DNA of 64,000 nucleotides from Bacilli bacterium (lineage in GTDB: Bacteria > Bacillota_I > Bacilli_A > RFN20 > CAG-826). Under the pieces are notes generated by a model. The model was not told the origin of the DNA and searched no databases. It saw only the letters and a list, made by a program, of their open reading frames with translations. Shown one piece after another: positions 9,562-18,121 of the stretch; position 1 is the stretch's first letter; each line of letters opens with the position of its first letter. Both the position numbers and the translations under genes were made by a program. The DNA lies in the NCBI GenBank assembly GCA_024408565.1, contig JAKSUW010000004.1, positions 5,863 to 69,862 on the forward strand, written 5' to 3'.

Positions 9562-10008
9562 TTACTTAGCCTCCTTATTTTCAGTTGCTGGAGTAGCAGG
9601 AGCGTCCGCTTTCGGGGCTTCCGCCTTTGGCGCTTCAGCAGGTTTTGCTTCCGCTTTCGGGGCGGGCGCGGGTTTTACTTTCTTTACTTTCGGTTTCGCG
9701 GGACGGTCAAACTTATTCTTTTTGATGGTCTTGCTCTTCTTGTGGCTTGGACCTTTACTCGCGTTATACTTTGCGATTAAACCAAGACCAGTCAATAAAG
9801 TCTTAATTGAATCACTTGGTTGAGCGCCAGACTTAAGCCACTTCATGGCTAGCTCTTCGTTAATTTCGGCTTTCCCGGTGGTAGGATTAAAACGACCAAT
9901 TTGTTCGATGTAGCGACCATCACTCGCATAGCGAGAATCGGCAGCGACAATCCGGAAGTAGGGGTCGTTATGGCGACCTAAACGCGCCATTCTTAATTTA
10001 ACTGACAT
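9562..10008 (-). CDS. rpsP: 30S ribosomal protein S16 with an Ala/Pro/Lys-rich C-terminal extension
   Basis: MSVKLRMARLGRHNDPYFRIVAADSRY... is the canonical S16 core of about 85 aa. It is followed by a KPAPAPKAEAKPAEAPKAEAPKADAP low-complexity tail. Confidence 0.9.
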   Translation of the reverse strand: MSVKLRMARLGRHNDPYFRIVAADSRYASDGRYIEQIGRFNPTTGKAEINEELAMKWLKSGAQPSDSIKTLLTGLGLIAKYNASKGPSHKKSKTIKKNKFDRPAKPKVKKVKPAPAPKAEAKPAEAPKAEAPKADAPATPATENKEAK

Positions 10009-10150
10009 AGATCTCTCCTTGTTGTTTCGATGAGTAATATCGTACCCTAAATTATTACTATGTCAAGTAAAAATACTTAACAGTGATAACTGGTTTTTGT
10101 CGGTTCTTTAGAATATATAGTATAATGAAGCCGTTTGTGAGGATAAACTT

Positions 10151-12472
10151 ATGTTAGAGATTAATCACTTATGTAAATCGTATAAATCAAAAAGCGGCAC
10201 GATGGTCAAAGCCCTTGATGATATTTCGTTAAAATTTCCCAAGACGGGAATGGTATTTATTCTTGGTAAATCGGGTTCTGGTAAATCAACTTTGTTAAAC
10301 GTTCTCGGCGGACTCGATTCGTTTGATAGTGGTGAATTCTACGTAAAAGGAACGCCCGTTCATAACTTTAAACAAAATAAATTTGATAGTTATCGTAATA
10401 CTTATGTCGGTTTTATTTTCCAAGAATACAATATTCTAGATGAATTTACCGTTGGCCAAAATATCGCATTAGCGATGCAACTACAAAACCAAAAGCCGAC
10501 GAGTGAGACAATTAATAAAATCTTAGCGGATGTGGATCTCGATGGTTTAGGTGACCGGAAACCAAATGAGTTGTCCGGCGGACAAAAGCAAAGAGTCGCG
10601 ATCGCTCGGGCTCTTATTAAGAATCCCCAAATTATTATGGCTGATGAGCCAACTGGTGCACTTGATAGTAAAACTGGGATCCAAATCTTTGATGTACTTA
10701 AAAACCTATCAAAGGATCGGTTAGTCATCATTGTTTCGCATGACCGCGAATTCTCCGAAAAATACGCTGACCGGATTATTGAAATTAAAGATGGTCAAGT
10801 GTTAAGCGATGTTTCTTGTGCGAGTGGAAAACGCGTTCCAGTACAAGAGAATGTTATTTATCACGCGAACGAAATTACGGTTAAGAAGAACTATGTTCTT
10901 ACCCAAAAAGATTTAAAAGAAATTAATGAATATCTTAAACACCAAAAGGCTAATTTAACGATTAAGTCGGGTAAGGCCGATGGCTATAAAGGTGCGGGTA
11001 AAGGCCGGTTTACTAAAACCGATGAAAGTAAAATTGTCACCGACAAATCAGGCTTTACTTTGATTAAATCAAAACTACCATTAGGCCGGGCATTTAAAAT
11101 GGGCACCAGTGGTTTAAAACACAAAAAGTTTAAATTAGTGATGACGATTTTCCTTTCATTGATTTCCTTTAGTCTTCTTGGTATGTCAATTTCGATTGCA
11201 TTAGCAACACCCCAAAGCGCAACACAAAACGCATTATATGATTCCTATATTAACTTTGCCTCATTTAGTAAACAGTTTTATGATAAAAAAGATCGGAGTA
11301 TCTGGAATGATGATTATGCCGATTTTAAACCAGCTGATTTAGAGATTATCAAGAAAGAAACCGGTTTTTCCGTAATTCCTGTTAACGTAGGTTGGTATTC
11401 GCTTTCATCTGAAGATATCAACTATGACGAGTTATCGAATCACGAGGCATTTGCTTCTAGTATTTCTGGATATGTGCTAACAAAAGATTTAACAACAGAA
11501 CTCACATATGTTCCGAGTAATCCTGCAGGGCATAATCCAAGAGACAATACGGAGATAGCCATTCCTGATTATTTAGCGTGGTCATATGTTAAATATGGGA
11601 TAGGCACTTTGGCAGGGATGGAAAAGACAACTGAACTCGTGGGGGAAACAATTCATATTTTTGTTCCTAGTGGTACCAGTGATTACAAGGTTACTGGAAT
11701 TATTGACACTGGTTTCAATTTTAATGATGGTAGATATGCAGCTGCTCGAAGGATTACTAACAGCGAGGAACGTTCAGCCGAAGTATCTACGATTATGAAT
11801 GAAATTCGTTCATTCCGTGAAGATTCGATTGATGGGTGTGTACTTGTAACTAACGCGCTAGAAACTGATCCAAGGCCGTCCCGTGCTGTTGCGCGTTTTG
11901 ATACGACCGATAAATCGTTGATTAAAAAAGTAGCGAATTTTTCGTATGAACATTTATCTTTAACTGACGAAGAGAAAGCGGGTCTTCCTAGTGCAGTTTA
12001 TCGGCGCTTCATTTTAAACGATTATATTTCGCAGAGCATTAGCATGGCTTTTAACACGATGCAAATACTTACCCAAGTCTTCTTATATGTTGGTTTAGCC
12101 TTCGTCGTATTCTCGGGTTTACTCTTAGCGAACTTCATTTCTAATTCAATTACTTATCAGAAAAAGGAGATTGGTATCTTACGGGCGATTGGCTCAAGAA
12201 GTGCTGATGTCTTTAAGATCTACTTTGCTGAATCCTTCGTGATTGCGACTATTAACTTCATCTTATCAGCGGCGGCCTCTTGGGCTATCATGACTTTCGC
12301 CATTAACCCAAACATTAGTGCCGCTATCGGCGGATTCACCATCTTTAGTTTTGGTATTATACCAATCCTTGTTATCCTTGGTGTTTCATATCTTTCCGCT
12401 TTCGCGGCCACGTATTTACCGGTTAAACATATTGCTCGTAAACGTCCGATTGAAGCAATTCGCAATAAGTAA
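10151..12472 (+). CDS. ABC transporter, fused ATP-binding and FtsX/MacB-like permease protein
   Basis: Walker A GKSGSGKST, signature LSGGQKQR and Walker B IIMADEPT are present. The C-terminal about 450 aa carry a large extracytoplasmic domain and FtsX-type TM helices. Confidence 0.8.
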   Translation: MLEINHLCKSYKSKSGTMVKALDDISLKFPKTGMVFILGKSGSGKSTLLNVLGGLDSFDSGEFYVKGTPVHNFKQNKFDSYRNTYVGFIFQEYNILDEFTVGQNIALAMQLQNQKPTSETINKILADVDLDGLGDRKPNELSGGQKQRVAIARALIKNPQIIMADEPTGALDSKTGIQIFDVLKNLSKDRLVIIVSHDREFSEKYADRIIEIKDGQVLSDVSCASGKRVPVQENVIYHANEITVKKNYVLTQKDLKEINEYLKHQKANLTIKSGKADGYKGAGKGRFTKTDESKIVTDKSGFTLIKSKLPLGRAFKMGTSGLKHKKFKLVMTIFLSLISFSLLGMSISIALATPQSATQNALYDSYINFASFSKQFYDKKDRSIWNDDYADFKPADLEIIKKETGFSVIPVNVGWYSLSSEDINYDELSNHEAFASSISGYVLTKDLTTELTYVPSNPAGHNPRDNTEIAIPDYLAWSYVKYGIGTLAGMEKTTELVGETIHIFVPSGTSDYKVTGIIDTGFNFNDGRYAAARRITNSEERSAEVSTIMNEIRSFREDSIDGCVLVTNALETDPRPSRAVARFDTTDKSLIKKVANFSYEHLSLTDEEKAGLPSAVYRRFILNDYISQSISMAFNTMQILTQVFLYVGLAFVVFSGLLLANFISNSITYQKKEIGILRAIGSRSADVFKIYFAESFVIATINFILSAAASWAIMTFAINPNISAAIGGFTIFSFGIIPILVILGVSYLSAFAATYLPVKHIARKRPIEAIRNK

Positions 12473-12527
12473 AGTAAAAATTTGTGTTTAGTTCATAGAT
12501 AGTGCTATCATAACTAGGCACATTCTT

Positions 12528-12603
12528 GGGGCAGTAGCTCATCTGGGAGAGCGCATCGTTCGCAACGATGAGGTAGCGGGTTCGATCCCCGTCTGCTCCA
12601 CCA
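12528..12603 (+). tRNA. tRNA-Ala (anticodon CGC), 3' CCA encoded
   Basis: Hand-folded cloverleaf: acceptor GGGGCAG/CTGCTCC with the G3:U70 alanine identity pair; D stem GCTC/GAGC; anticodon stem CATCG/CGATG with loop TTCGCAA; T stem GCGGG/CCCGT with loop TTCGATC; discriminator A plus CCA. Confidence 0.85.
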
Positions 12604-12607
12604 AAAA

Positions 12608-12634
12608 ATATAGCAACTAGTTTGCTATTTTTTT
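12608..12634. terminator. Bidirectional rho-independent terminator between the tRNA-Ala/ABC unit and the convergent phosphatase gene
   Basis: A-run, then the TAGCAA-CTAGT-TTGCTA hairpin, then a T-run (aaaaaatatagcaactagtttgctattttttt). Confidence 0.6.
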
Positions 12635-12639
12635 ATTAA

Positions 12640-13758
12640 TTAAGCCTTCTTTTCTAAAAGAATATTCTGCATATTTTCGATATCATTTGCGGGAACTTTA
12701 ACAACATCAACTAAATACGCTTGTGTGCGTTCCGCTAAAGTTAATTCGTGATTGGATGGATCATATTCTTTGATGATATTAAGGCATTTTGCATCAAAGC
12801 CTTCAATATCACGAGGACCGCCAATATAAGCAAAGTTTGATAACATGTAGTCAAAGTGTACGCCGTCTTCGCTATCGCCAAGGAGCAAGCGAATAAGAGC
12901 CGCAAACATCCCAGTCCTATCGGTACCAATATGACAATGGAAATCGATTGGGTAATTATCTTTATTCGCTACAAATGCGAAGAAATCGCGGATTTCTCCA
13001 TAGTGTGAAGGAACGTTGAGCTTGAAATCGCCATAGTTAATGCGAATCTGTTTTAAAGTGACTTCGCCCCCGTAATCATTAAGTATAGAGTTACTAATGT
13101 ATTCAGGAGGAATATCTTCGCTTTCCATTCGTAAATCAATTTCGGATTTTACTTTTAATTCATTAAGCATTGTGTGGGCACCTTTTTCAGTAATGCGAGC
13201 GTCATCTGGACCAAACGTGGCCTCAGCGTGGTTTAATTCTGATGTCCGATAAATTAAGTTCGGTTTAACATATCCTAAACTTGTGGTGTACCCACCTAAA
13301 TCACGACAATTCTTTAATTCATCAATATCAAGAATGCGGATGGGTCCAGGATTAGTTTTAAAAGTTCCCTGTTCGATTAGTTGTTCATTAAGGGTAACCT
13401 TAAAATAATAGGTTTTACCACATTCAAGATTAGTAATGATGGCATTTTGATCTTCAGTATAAATAGTGTGTTCGTTAATCTTTGGATCATCATAGCGACA
13501 ATTATATGAATAATCGATACGGTAATTTTTCGCAGTCGGACCATTAATTTTAAAACTAACTGGGAGCGGTTTATCTAAATTAGCTGTGCCCGTTGCTTCC
13601 GCAGGAATATTAGCAGGATCATTACCTTCAAGATATTCTTTTTGTAGATCGGTATAAAGAGTAAAGTCACCTAAATCAATTGGGGTAACGCTATTTTGGC
13701 ATCCACTAAAAGCGATAAGTGAAGTAAAACAGGCACTAAATAAAAAGAGTTTATTCAT
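12640..13758 (-). CDS. Lipoprotein of the protein-tyrosine/dual-specificity phosphatase family (CX5R active site)
   Basis: Signal peptide plus lipobox LIAFSGC, and the HCHIGTDRTG (HCxxGxxRT) P-loop motif. Confidence 0.55.
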   Translation of the reverse strand: MNKLFLFSACFTSLIAFSGCQNSVTPIDLGDFTLYTDLQKEYLEGNDPANIPAEATGTANLDKPLPVSFKINGPTAKNYRIDYSYNCRYDDPKINEHTIYTEDQNAIITNLECGKTYYFKVTLNEQLIEQGTFKTNPGPIRILDIDELKNCRDLGGYTTSLGYVKPNLIYRTSELNHAEATFGPDDARITEKGAHTMLNELKVKSEIDLRMESEDIPPEYISNSILNDYGGEVTLKQIRINYGDFKLNVPSHYGEIRDFFAFVANKDNYPIDFHCHIGTDRTGMFAALIRLLLGDSEDGVHFDYMLSNFAYIGGPRDIEGFDAKCLNIIKEYDPSNHELTLAERTQAYLVDVVKVPANDIENMQNILLEKKA

Positions 13759-13802
13759 ACATTTTAGTATACCTTATTTGTAATTTTTTATATAATAAAC
13801 TT

Positions 13803-15638
13803 ATGAAAATTAAACCAATGAAGTTAGTTAGTCTAGCGGCCCTAATCGTAACCGCGACTTATTTTGTCGGCTGCGCAAATAAAACCGACCGTAACGATTT
13901 AGTGATTTTGTACACGAATGATGTCCACGGCTTTTTTGGTGAAAAGAATAGCCTTACTTATTCATCGGTGGCAAAACTCAAGCAAGAACTCATTGCCCAA
14001 GGTAATGATGTTTTGTTAGTGGATGCGGGCGATCATTCATCGGGTTCAATTAACGCGAATTATGATGATGGGGCGACGGCAATTAAATTAATGAATATGG
14101 CAGGCTATGATGTCGTAACTTTTGGCAACCACGAATTCGATGGTGGTGTTACCCATTTACAAGACATGATGCAGGCCGCTAAATATAAATATATTTCGAC
14201 AAATTTCTATCATCGTGAAGGCGATAATGCGACCACTTCGTTTACCGATACAAGTAAAATCTTTAACTTTCATAACCATAAGGTTGGAGTAATTGGCATT
14301 ACAACCCCAGAAACAATCGGGGATTGTACACCGGACACCTTCCAAGACGAAAATGGTAATTATATTTACACTTTCCTTAAAGAGTTAAATAGAGACCTCT
14401 TCTTTCAAAAGGTACAAGCGGAAGTTAATCAATTAAAAGCGAATGGTTGCGAAACAGTTATTGCGCTTACTCATCTTGGCGAAGAAGATGATGAAGGCCA
14501 ATCACCCTTAACAAGCGTTGAGTTTGTAAAAGGGACAACCGGGATTGATTTAGTTATCGACGCTCATACCCATCAATATATGCCAGGGAGCTTATACCCA
14601 AACAAAGATGGGAAATTAATTACGATTACTCAAACGGGTTCTAGTTTTTTACATATCGGACAAGCTATCATTACTCGCACCGATAGTGTTTACACAAAGA
14701 TGATTAACAATAGCGATTATTCTAAACACGATGAGGAAGTGAAAAAAGCGGAAGATGATTATATAGCCAAGATTGAAGAAGAATTAGGTCAAAGAATCGC
14801 TACGATGGACGACGATGTCCATTTAATCCGCTACCGCGAATATAAAGATCCTCAATACAAGGAATATAATTTACCAGATTTCTGTGCGGATGGTTTTTAT
14901 TATTACGCTAACTCGGGCGAAAGTAATGTAAAAAAAGCGCTTGGTGATGATGTTTGGGTTGATGGGGCATTTATCAATAACGGCGGAATTAAGAATTACG
15001 ATGTTAAGCCTAACGAGGAGTGGCTTTTAAAAACCGGTTATGAAACGCTTCCTTTCCCTAACCACTTTGTGGTGCGGGAACTAGATGGCCGGACTTTATG
15101 GGAAGCCATCGAGTTTAGTGTGCGCGAAACTCCTGATTATAACCGTGGTTTATTAATTCCAGCCGGGATTAAATATAATGTAGATACCACTAAAAAAGGT
15201 GTATTTAAAGTCGACGAATCAGGAAACTACCTATCAGGGCCTAATTACGAATATGGCGAAGATGATGCCCGTGTTTCTAATATTAAAATCTATACTCCTA
15301 ACTTGACACCGGAAACTGATGATGATTGGGAAGAGATAAAAATTGATGATCCTACCCGCCATTACTATATTGCCGGTAGTGATTATATCCTTAAAAAAGG
15401 CGGCGATAGTTTATCTATGTTAAGCGAAGCGTATGCGAATAAAAATAACCGCATATATAGCGTTTATGATAGCGATGAAAAAGATTACATCGCTTTAAAC
15501 GAATACGTTCGCGCTTTTGATAATTCAATCATTAATAGCGAAAATTCGCCCTTAAGCACACTTACAAAATACGCTAGCGACTGTATTGATTACAAAAACG
15601 AAGAACCCAATAAACGTATTATTCTACCAACAGCATGA
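13803..15638 (+). CDS. 5'-nucleotidase/metallophosphoesterase family lipoprotein (UshA-like)
   Basis: Lipobox YFVGC; metallophosphatase motifs NDVHG, GDH and GNHEFD; a C-terminal 5'-nucleotidase-type substrate domain. Confidence 0.75.
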   Translation: MKIKPMKLVSLAALIVTATYFVGCANKTDRNDLVILYTNDVHGFFGEKNSLTYSSVAKLKQELIAQGNDVLLVDAGDHSSGSINANYDDGATAIKLMNMAGYDVVTFGNHEFDGGVTHLQDMMQAAKYKYISTNFYHREGDNATTSFTDTSKIFNFHNHKVGVIGITTPETIGDCTPDTFQDENGNYIYTFLKELNRDLFFQKVQAEVNQLKANGCETVIALTHLGEEDDEGQSPLTSVEFVKGTTGIDLVIDAHTHQYMPGSLYPNKDGKLITITQTGSSFLHIGQAIITRTDSVYTKMINNSDYSKHDEEVKKAEDDYIAKIEEELGQRIATMDDDVHLIRYREYKDPQYKEYNLPDFCADGFYYYANSGESNVKKALGDDVWVDGAFINNGGIKNYDVKPNEEWLLKTGYETLPFPNHFVVRELDGRTLWEAIEFSVRETPDYNRGLLIPAGIKYNVDTTKKGVFKVDESGNYLSGPNYEYGEDDARVSNIKIYTPNLTPETDDDWEEIKIDDPTRHYYIAGSDYILKKGGDSLSMLSEAYANKNNRIYSVYDSDEKDYIALNEYVRAFDNSIINSENSPLSTLTKYASDCIDYKNEEPNKRIILPTA

Positions 15639-16255
15639 AAAAATATTCACTCTACCTCTTTGATTTTGATGGGACCTTGTTTGATACGCTTGATTCACTT
15701 AAAGAAGTGTATCGTCTCTCTTTACTTAAGTATGGTTTAATTGCGAAAGAAGAAGAGTATCCACTTTATCTAGGTCAATCATTACCATTAACTTTTAAAT
15801 ATAAAGGCGGTAAGAAAGAAGACAGTAAAGCCTTTATTGAATATTTTCATACCATCGTGCATACAAGTGAGGTAGTTAAAAAGACTAAACTTTATGTTGA
15901 TACACTCGACATATTTAAATATTTACATACGCACGCGATAAACTACGGGATCGTCACTGGTTCATCAAGTTTACGTGTAAAGGATGTCCTTAAATATTTT
16001 GGGATTGATACATCCCTAGTTAAAGTCATCGTGGGGAACGATATTTATCGCACGCCAAAACCTGATCCTGATCCAATTAATATTGCTCTAAAGAAAACTG
16101 GCTATTTAAGCCGCCGAAACGAAGTGGTGTATATTGGTGATGCTAAGCAAGACGAAGAGTGCGCCAAAAACGCGAAAATCGATTATTTTATCGTGGACCG
16201 TCACCAAGACAACATCAAACCAAACCTAAAGTCGTTACTTGATTTATTTAAATAG
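15635..16255 (+). CDS. HAD-superfamily hydrolase (subfamily IA-like)
   Basis: FDFDGTLFDT motif I, a GS motif II region and the GDAKQD motif IV. It overlaps the preceding gene by 4 nt. Confidence 0.7.
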   Translation: MKKYSLYLFDFDGTLFDTLDSLKEVYRLSLLKYGLIAKEEEYPLYLGQSLPLTFKYKGGKKEDSKAFIEYFHTIVHTSEVVKKTKLYVDTLDIFKYLHTHAINYGIVTGSSSLRVKDVLKYFGIDTSLVKVIVGNDIYRTPKPDPDPINIALKKTGYLSRRNEVVYIGDAKQDEECAKNAKIDYFIVDRHQDNIKPNLKSLLDLFK

Positions 16256-16380
16256 CGCGCACGTGTTAATATTAATGCGAACGCTACTTCGCGCACGTTA
16301 ATATATATTCACGCGCTTATGTTAATATATATGCGAAATTGTTGATACACTCGTGCGAGCGTGTAAATATTAAATACTTA
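16256..16380. repeat. Four degenerate direct repeats with CACGT/GCGTGT + GTTAATATAT cores, with CGCGC-type GC-rich flanks on the first two, in an intergenic region
   Basis: Copies at about 16256-16279, 16290-16315, 16316-16335 and 16355-16376 are read directly. They are unusual GC-rich islands in an AT-rich spacer. Confidence 0.4.
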
Positions 16381-16488
16381 ATCAATAGTTAACGACGTAA
16401 TGGTAGGTGATATTAAGTTGATTGAAATTGATTTTTTTTTAAAAAAAATTAAAATACTAATTGAAGTTTGAATAAGGAGATGTTTAAT

Positions 16489-17025
16489 ATGCATAAACAA
16501 AAATTAATTCCTTTAGCATCCATGTCGGCGCTTCTATTTAGTTGTGGTGGTGCTAAAACAATAAAAGTAGATAGTTATAGTGTGGTAGAAGAGTATATTT
16601 TAACATTACGTTCAGAAAAAACCGATTTTGTAAAAGGCACTAAATACAATTTCGAAATTGATTTAAGTAAGATGGATCAAATTGGATCACACGTTAATGG
16701 TTTCCTAGTTGGCGAGATGAGCGAAAGCGGAGAGCCAAAAGGCTACGAGATTTTTGACGAAGGCTCCATCAGTGTTTTATATAATGGCGAAAAACTTACA
16801 AAATCTAAATACACTATGGAGGAATACATGGAAAAGATAGATGATGATCCTACACTCGAAAAAACATTTAATTTTGGTAGTGCAGAGGGAGAAGGATCAA
16901 ATACCTTTTTAATCAGCTTCTGTCTCTATTCATTAAAAGTAAAAGATAAATTATCCATTAGCGCTGTTTGTGATAAAGATCAATCAAGTGTACAAGCAAT
17001 CTACACAAACATTAAACCTCAATAG
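16489..17025 (+). CDS. Hypothetical lipoprotein
   Basis: MHKQKLIPLASMSALLFSCGG carries a lipobox. An AAGGAG RBS lies 9 nt before the ATG at 16489. The track's TTG start at 16468 is unlikely. Confidence 0.55.
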   Translation: MHKQKLIPLASMSALLFSCGGAKTIKVDSYSVVEEYILTLRSEKTDFVKGTKYNFEIDLSKMDQIGSHVNGFLVGEMSESGEPKGYEIFDEGSISVLYNGEKLTKSKYTMEEYMEKIDDDPTLEKTFNFGSAEGEGSNTFLISFCLYSLKVKDKLSISAVCDKDQSSVQAIYTNIKPQ

Positions 17026-17045
17026 TTAGTCATACTAATTAAATT

Positions 17046-17083
17046 ATGAGGAGGGTGATACCATTCATCTTCCTCATTTTTTA
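17046..17083 (+). terminator. Rho-independent terminator after the lipoprotein gene
   Basis: ATGAGGA...TCCTCAT stem followed by TTTTTT. Confidence 0.55.
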
Positions 17084-17096
17084 TGGATAAAATTAT

Positions 17097-17125
17097 TTGA
17101 CAAGTCGAAAAAGACTAGTAATATA
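17097..17125 (+). promoter_or_regulatory. Sigma-70-type promoter of the str operon
   Basis: TTGACA at 17097-17102, a 16-17-nt spacer, then a TAATAT -10. It is followed by an about 75-nt leader containing a TCGCTG...CAGCGA hairpin. Confidence 0.5.
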
Positions 17126-17200
17126 TACCTCGCTGCGATTTTGTCAGCGATTAAAATTCAGTGTTTGATACACACGGTATTGTGAACATAGGAGGAACAT

Positions 17201-17620
17201 ATGCCAACAATTAACCAATTAGTGAGAGAGGGTCGTAAATCATCGACCTACAAGAGTAAAGCGCCAGCTTTAAATAAGCGCTGGAACTCATTAAAAAAGA
17301 TTGAAAAGGACCAAAACGGTGCCCAAAAGCGGGGTGTTTGTACCCGGGTGGGAACCATGACTCCGAAAAAGCCAAACTCAGCGTTACGGAAATACGCTCG
17401 TGTGCGTTTAAGTAACGGTTACGAAGTGACGGCCTACATCGGTGGGGAAGGTCATAACCTACAAGAGCACTCCACAGTGATGATTCGGGGTGGCCGGGTG
17501 AAGGACTTACCAGGTGTCCGTTATCATATTATTCGTGGAACGCTTGACTGTGCGGGTATTGAAGCGCGCCGTCAAGGTCGGAGCCAATACGGCACTAAAA
17601 AGCCCAAGAAATCTGAATAA
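17201..17620 (+). CDS. rpsL: 30S ribosomal protein S12
   Basis: [13 protein letters not shown]...[10 protein letters not shown] is the canonical S12 sequence. Confidence 0.95.
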   Translation: MPTINQLVREGRKSSTYKSKAPALNKRWNSLKKIEKDQNGAQKRGVCTRVGTMTPKKPNSALRKYARVRLSNGYEVTAYIGGEGHNLQEHSTVMIRGGRVKDLPGVRYHIIRGTLDCAGIEARRQGRSQYGTKKPKKSE

Positions 17621-17638
17621 TTAATGGAGGAATAAAAT

Positions 17639-18109
17639 ATGCCACGTAAAGGAAGAGTCGCCAAAAGAGACGTGTTACCAGATCCGGTCTATAATTCAAA
17701 ATTAGTGACCCGGTTAATTAACCGCATTATGATCGATGGGAAACGCGGAACGGCGCAAAACATTTTATATGACGCGTTTAAAGTCGTCGAAAAGAAAACT
17801 GAAAAACCCGCAATGGATGTATTTGGTACAGCCTTAAATAACATCATGCCCGAAGTTGAATTAAAAGTGAGACGTATTGGGGCAGCTAACTATCAAGTAC
17901 CAATTGAAGTGACACCAGAACGTAAAATTGCGCTTGGTTTAAGATGGCTAGTTACCTACGCTCGTTTAAGAAACGAAAAGACGATGCAAGACCGTTTAGC
18001 CGCGGAAATTATTGATGCTGCTAATGGTACTGGTGCTTCGGTCAAGAAAAGAGAAGACGTTCATAAGATGGCGGATGCGAACAAAGCTTACGCCCATTAC
18101 CGTTGGTAA
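17639..18109 (+). CDS. rpsG: 30S ribosomal protein S7
   Basis: [28 protein letters not shown] is the canonical S7 sequence. Confidence 0.95.
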   Translation: MPRKGRVAKRDVLPDPVYNSKLVTRLINRIMIDGKRGTAQNILYDAFKVVEKKTEKPAMDVFGTALNNIMPEVELKVRRIGAANYQVPIEVTPERKIALGLRWLVTYARLRNEKTMQDRLAAEIIDAANGTGASVKKREDVHKMADANKAYAHYRW

Positions 18110-18121
18110 GAGGAATAGTTT

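Noticed and set aside
9536-9823. 95-aa plus-strand ORF with FGASAFGASAGFASAFGAGAG repeats
   Set aside because: It is the antisense shadow of the Ala/Pro/Lys repeat tail of rpsP on the minus strand. It has no RBS and the frame is kept open only by the repeat.
12473-13802. tRNA-Ala, and also tRNA-Trp at 40676 and tRNA-Gly at 46900, as integration sites of a mobile element
   Set aside because: No integrase, recombinase, direct-repeat duplication of a tRNA 3' end, or phage or conjugation genes are found next to any of the three tRNAs.
16256-16380. Possible CRISPR-like array
   Set aside because: There are only four copies. They are degenerate, have irregular spacing of 20 to 40 nt, share no consistent repeat/spacer structure and have no cas genes nearby. 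I treat them as operator-like direct repeats instead.
16468-16488. TTG start codons assigned by the ORF track (16468 and 54667) and the GTG start at 27636
   Set aside because: Each has an in-frame ATG a few codons downstream with a better-spaced Shine-Dalgarno sequence. The upstream codons overlap promoter -10 elements.
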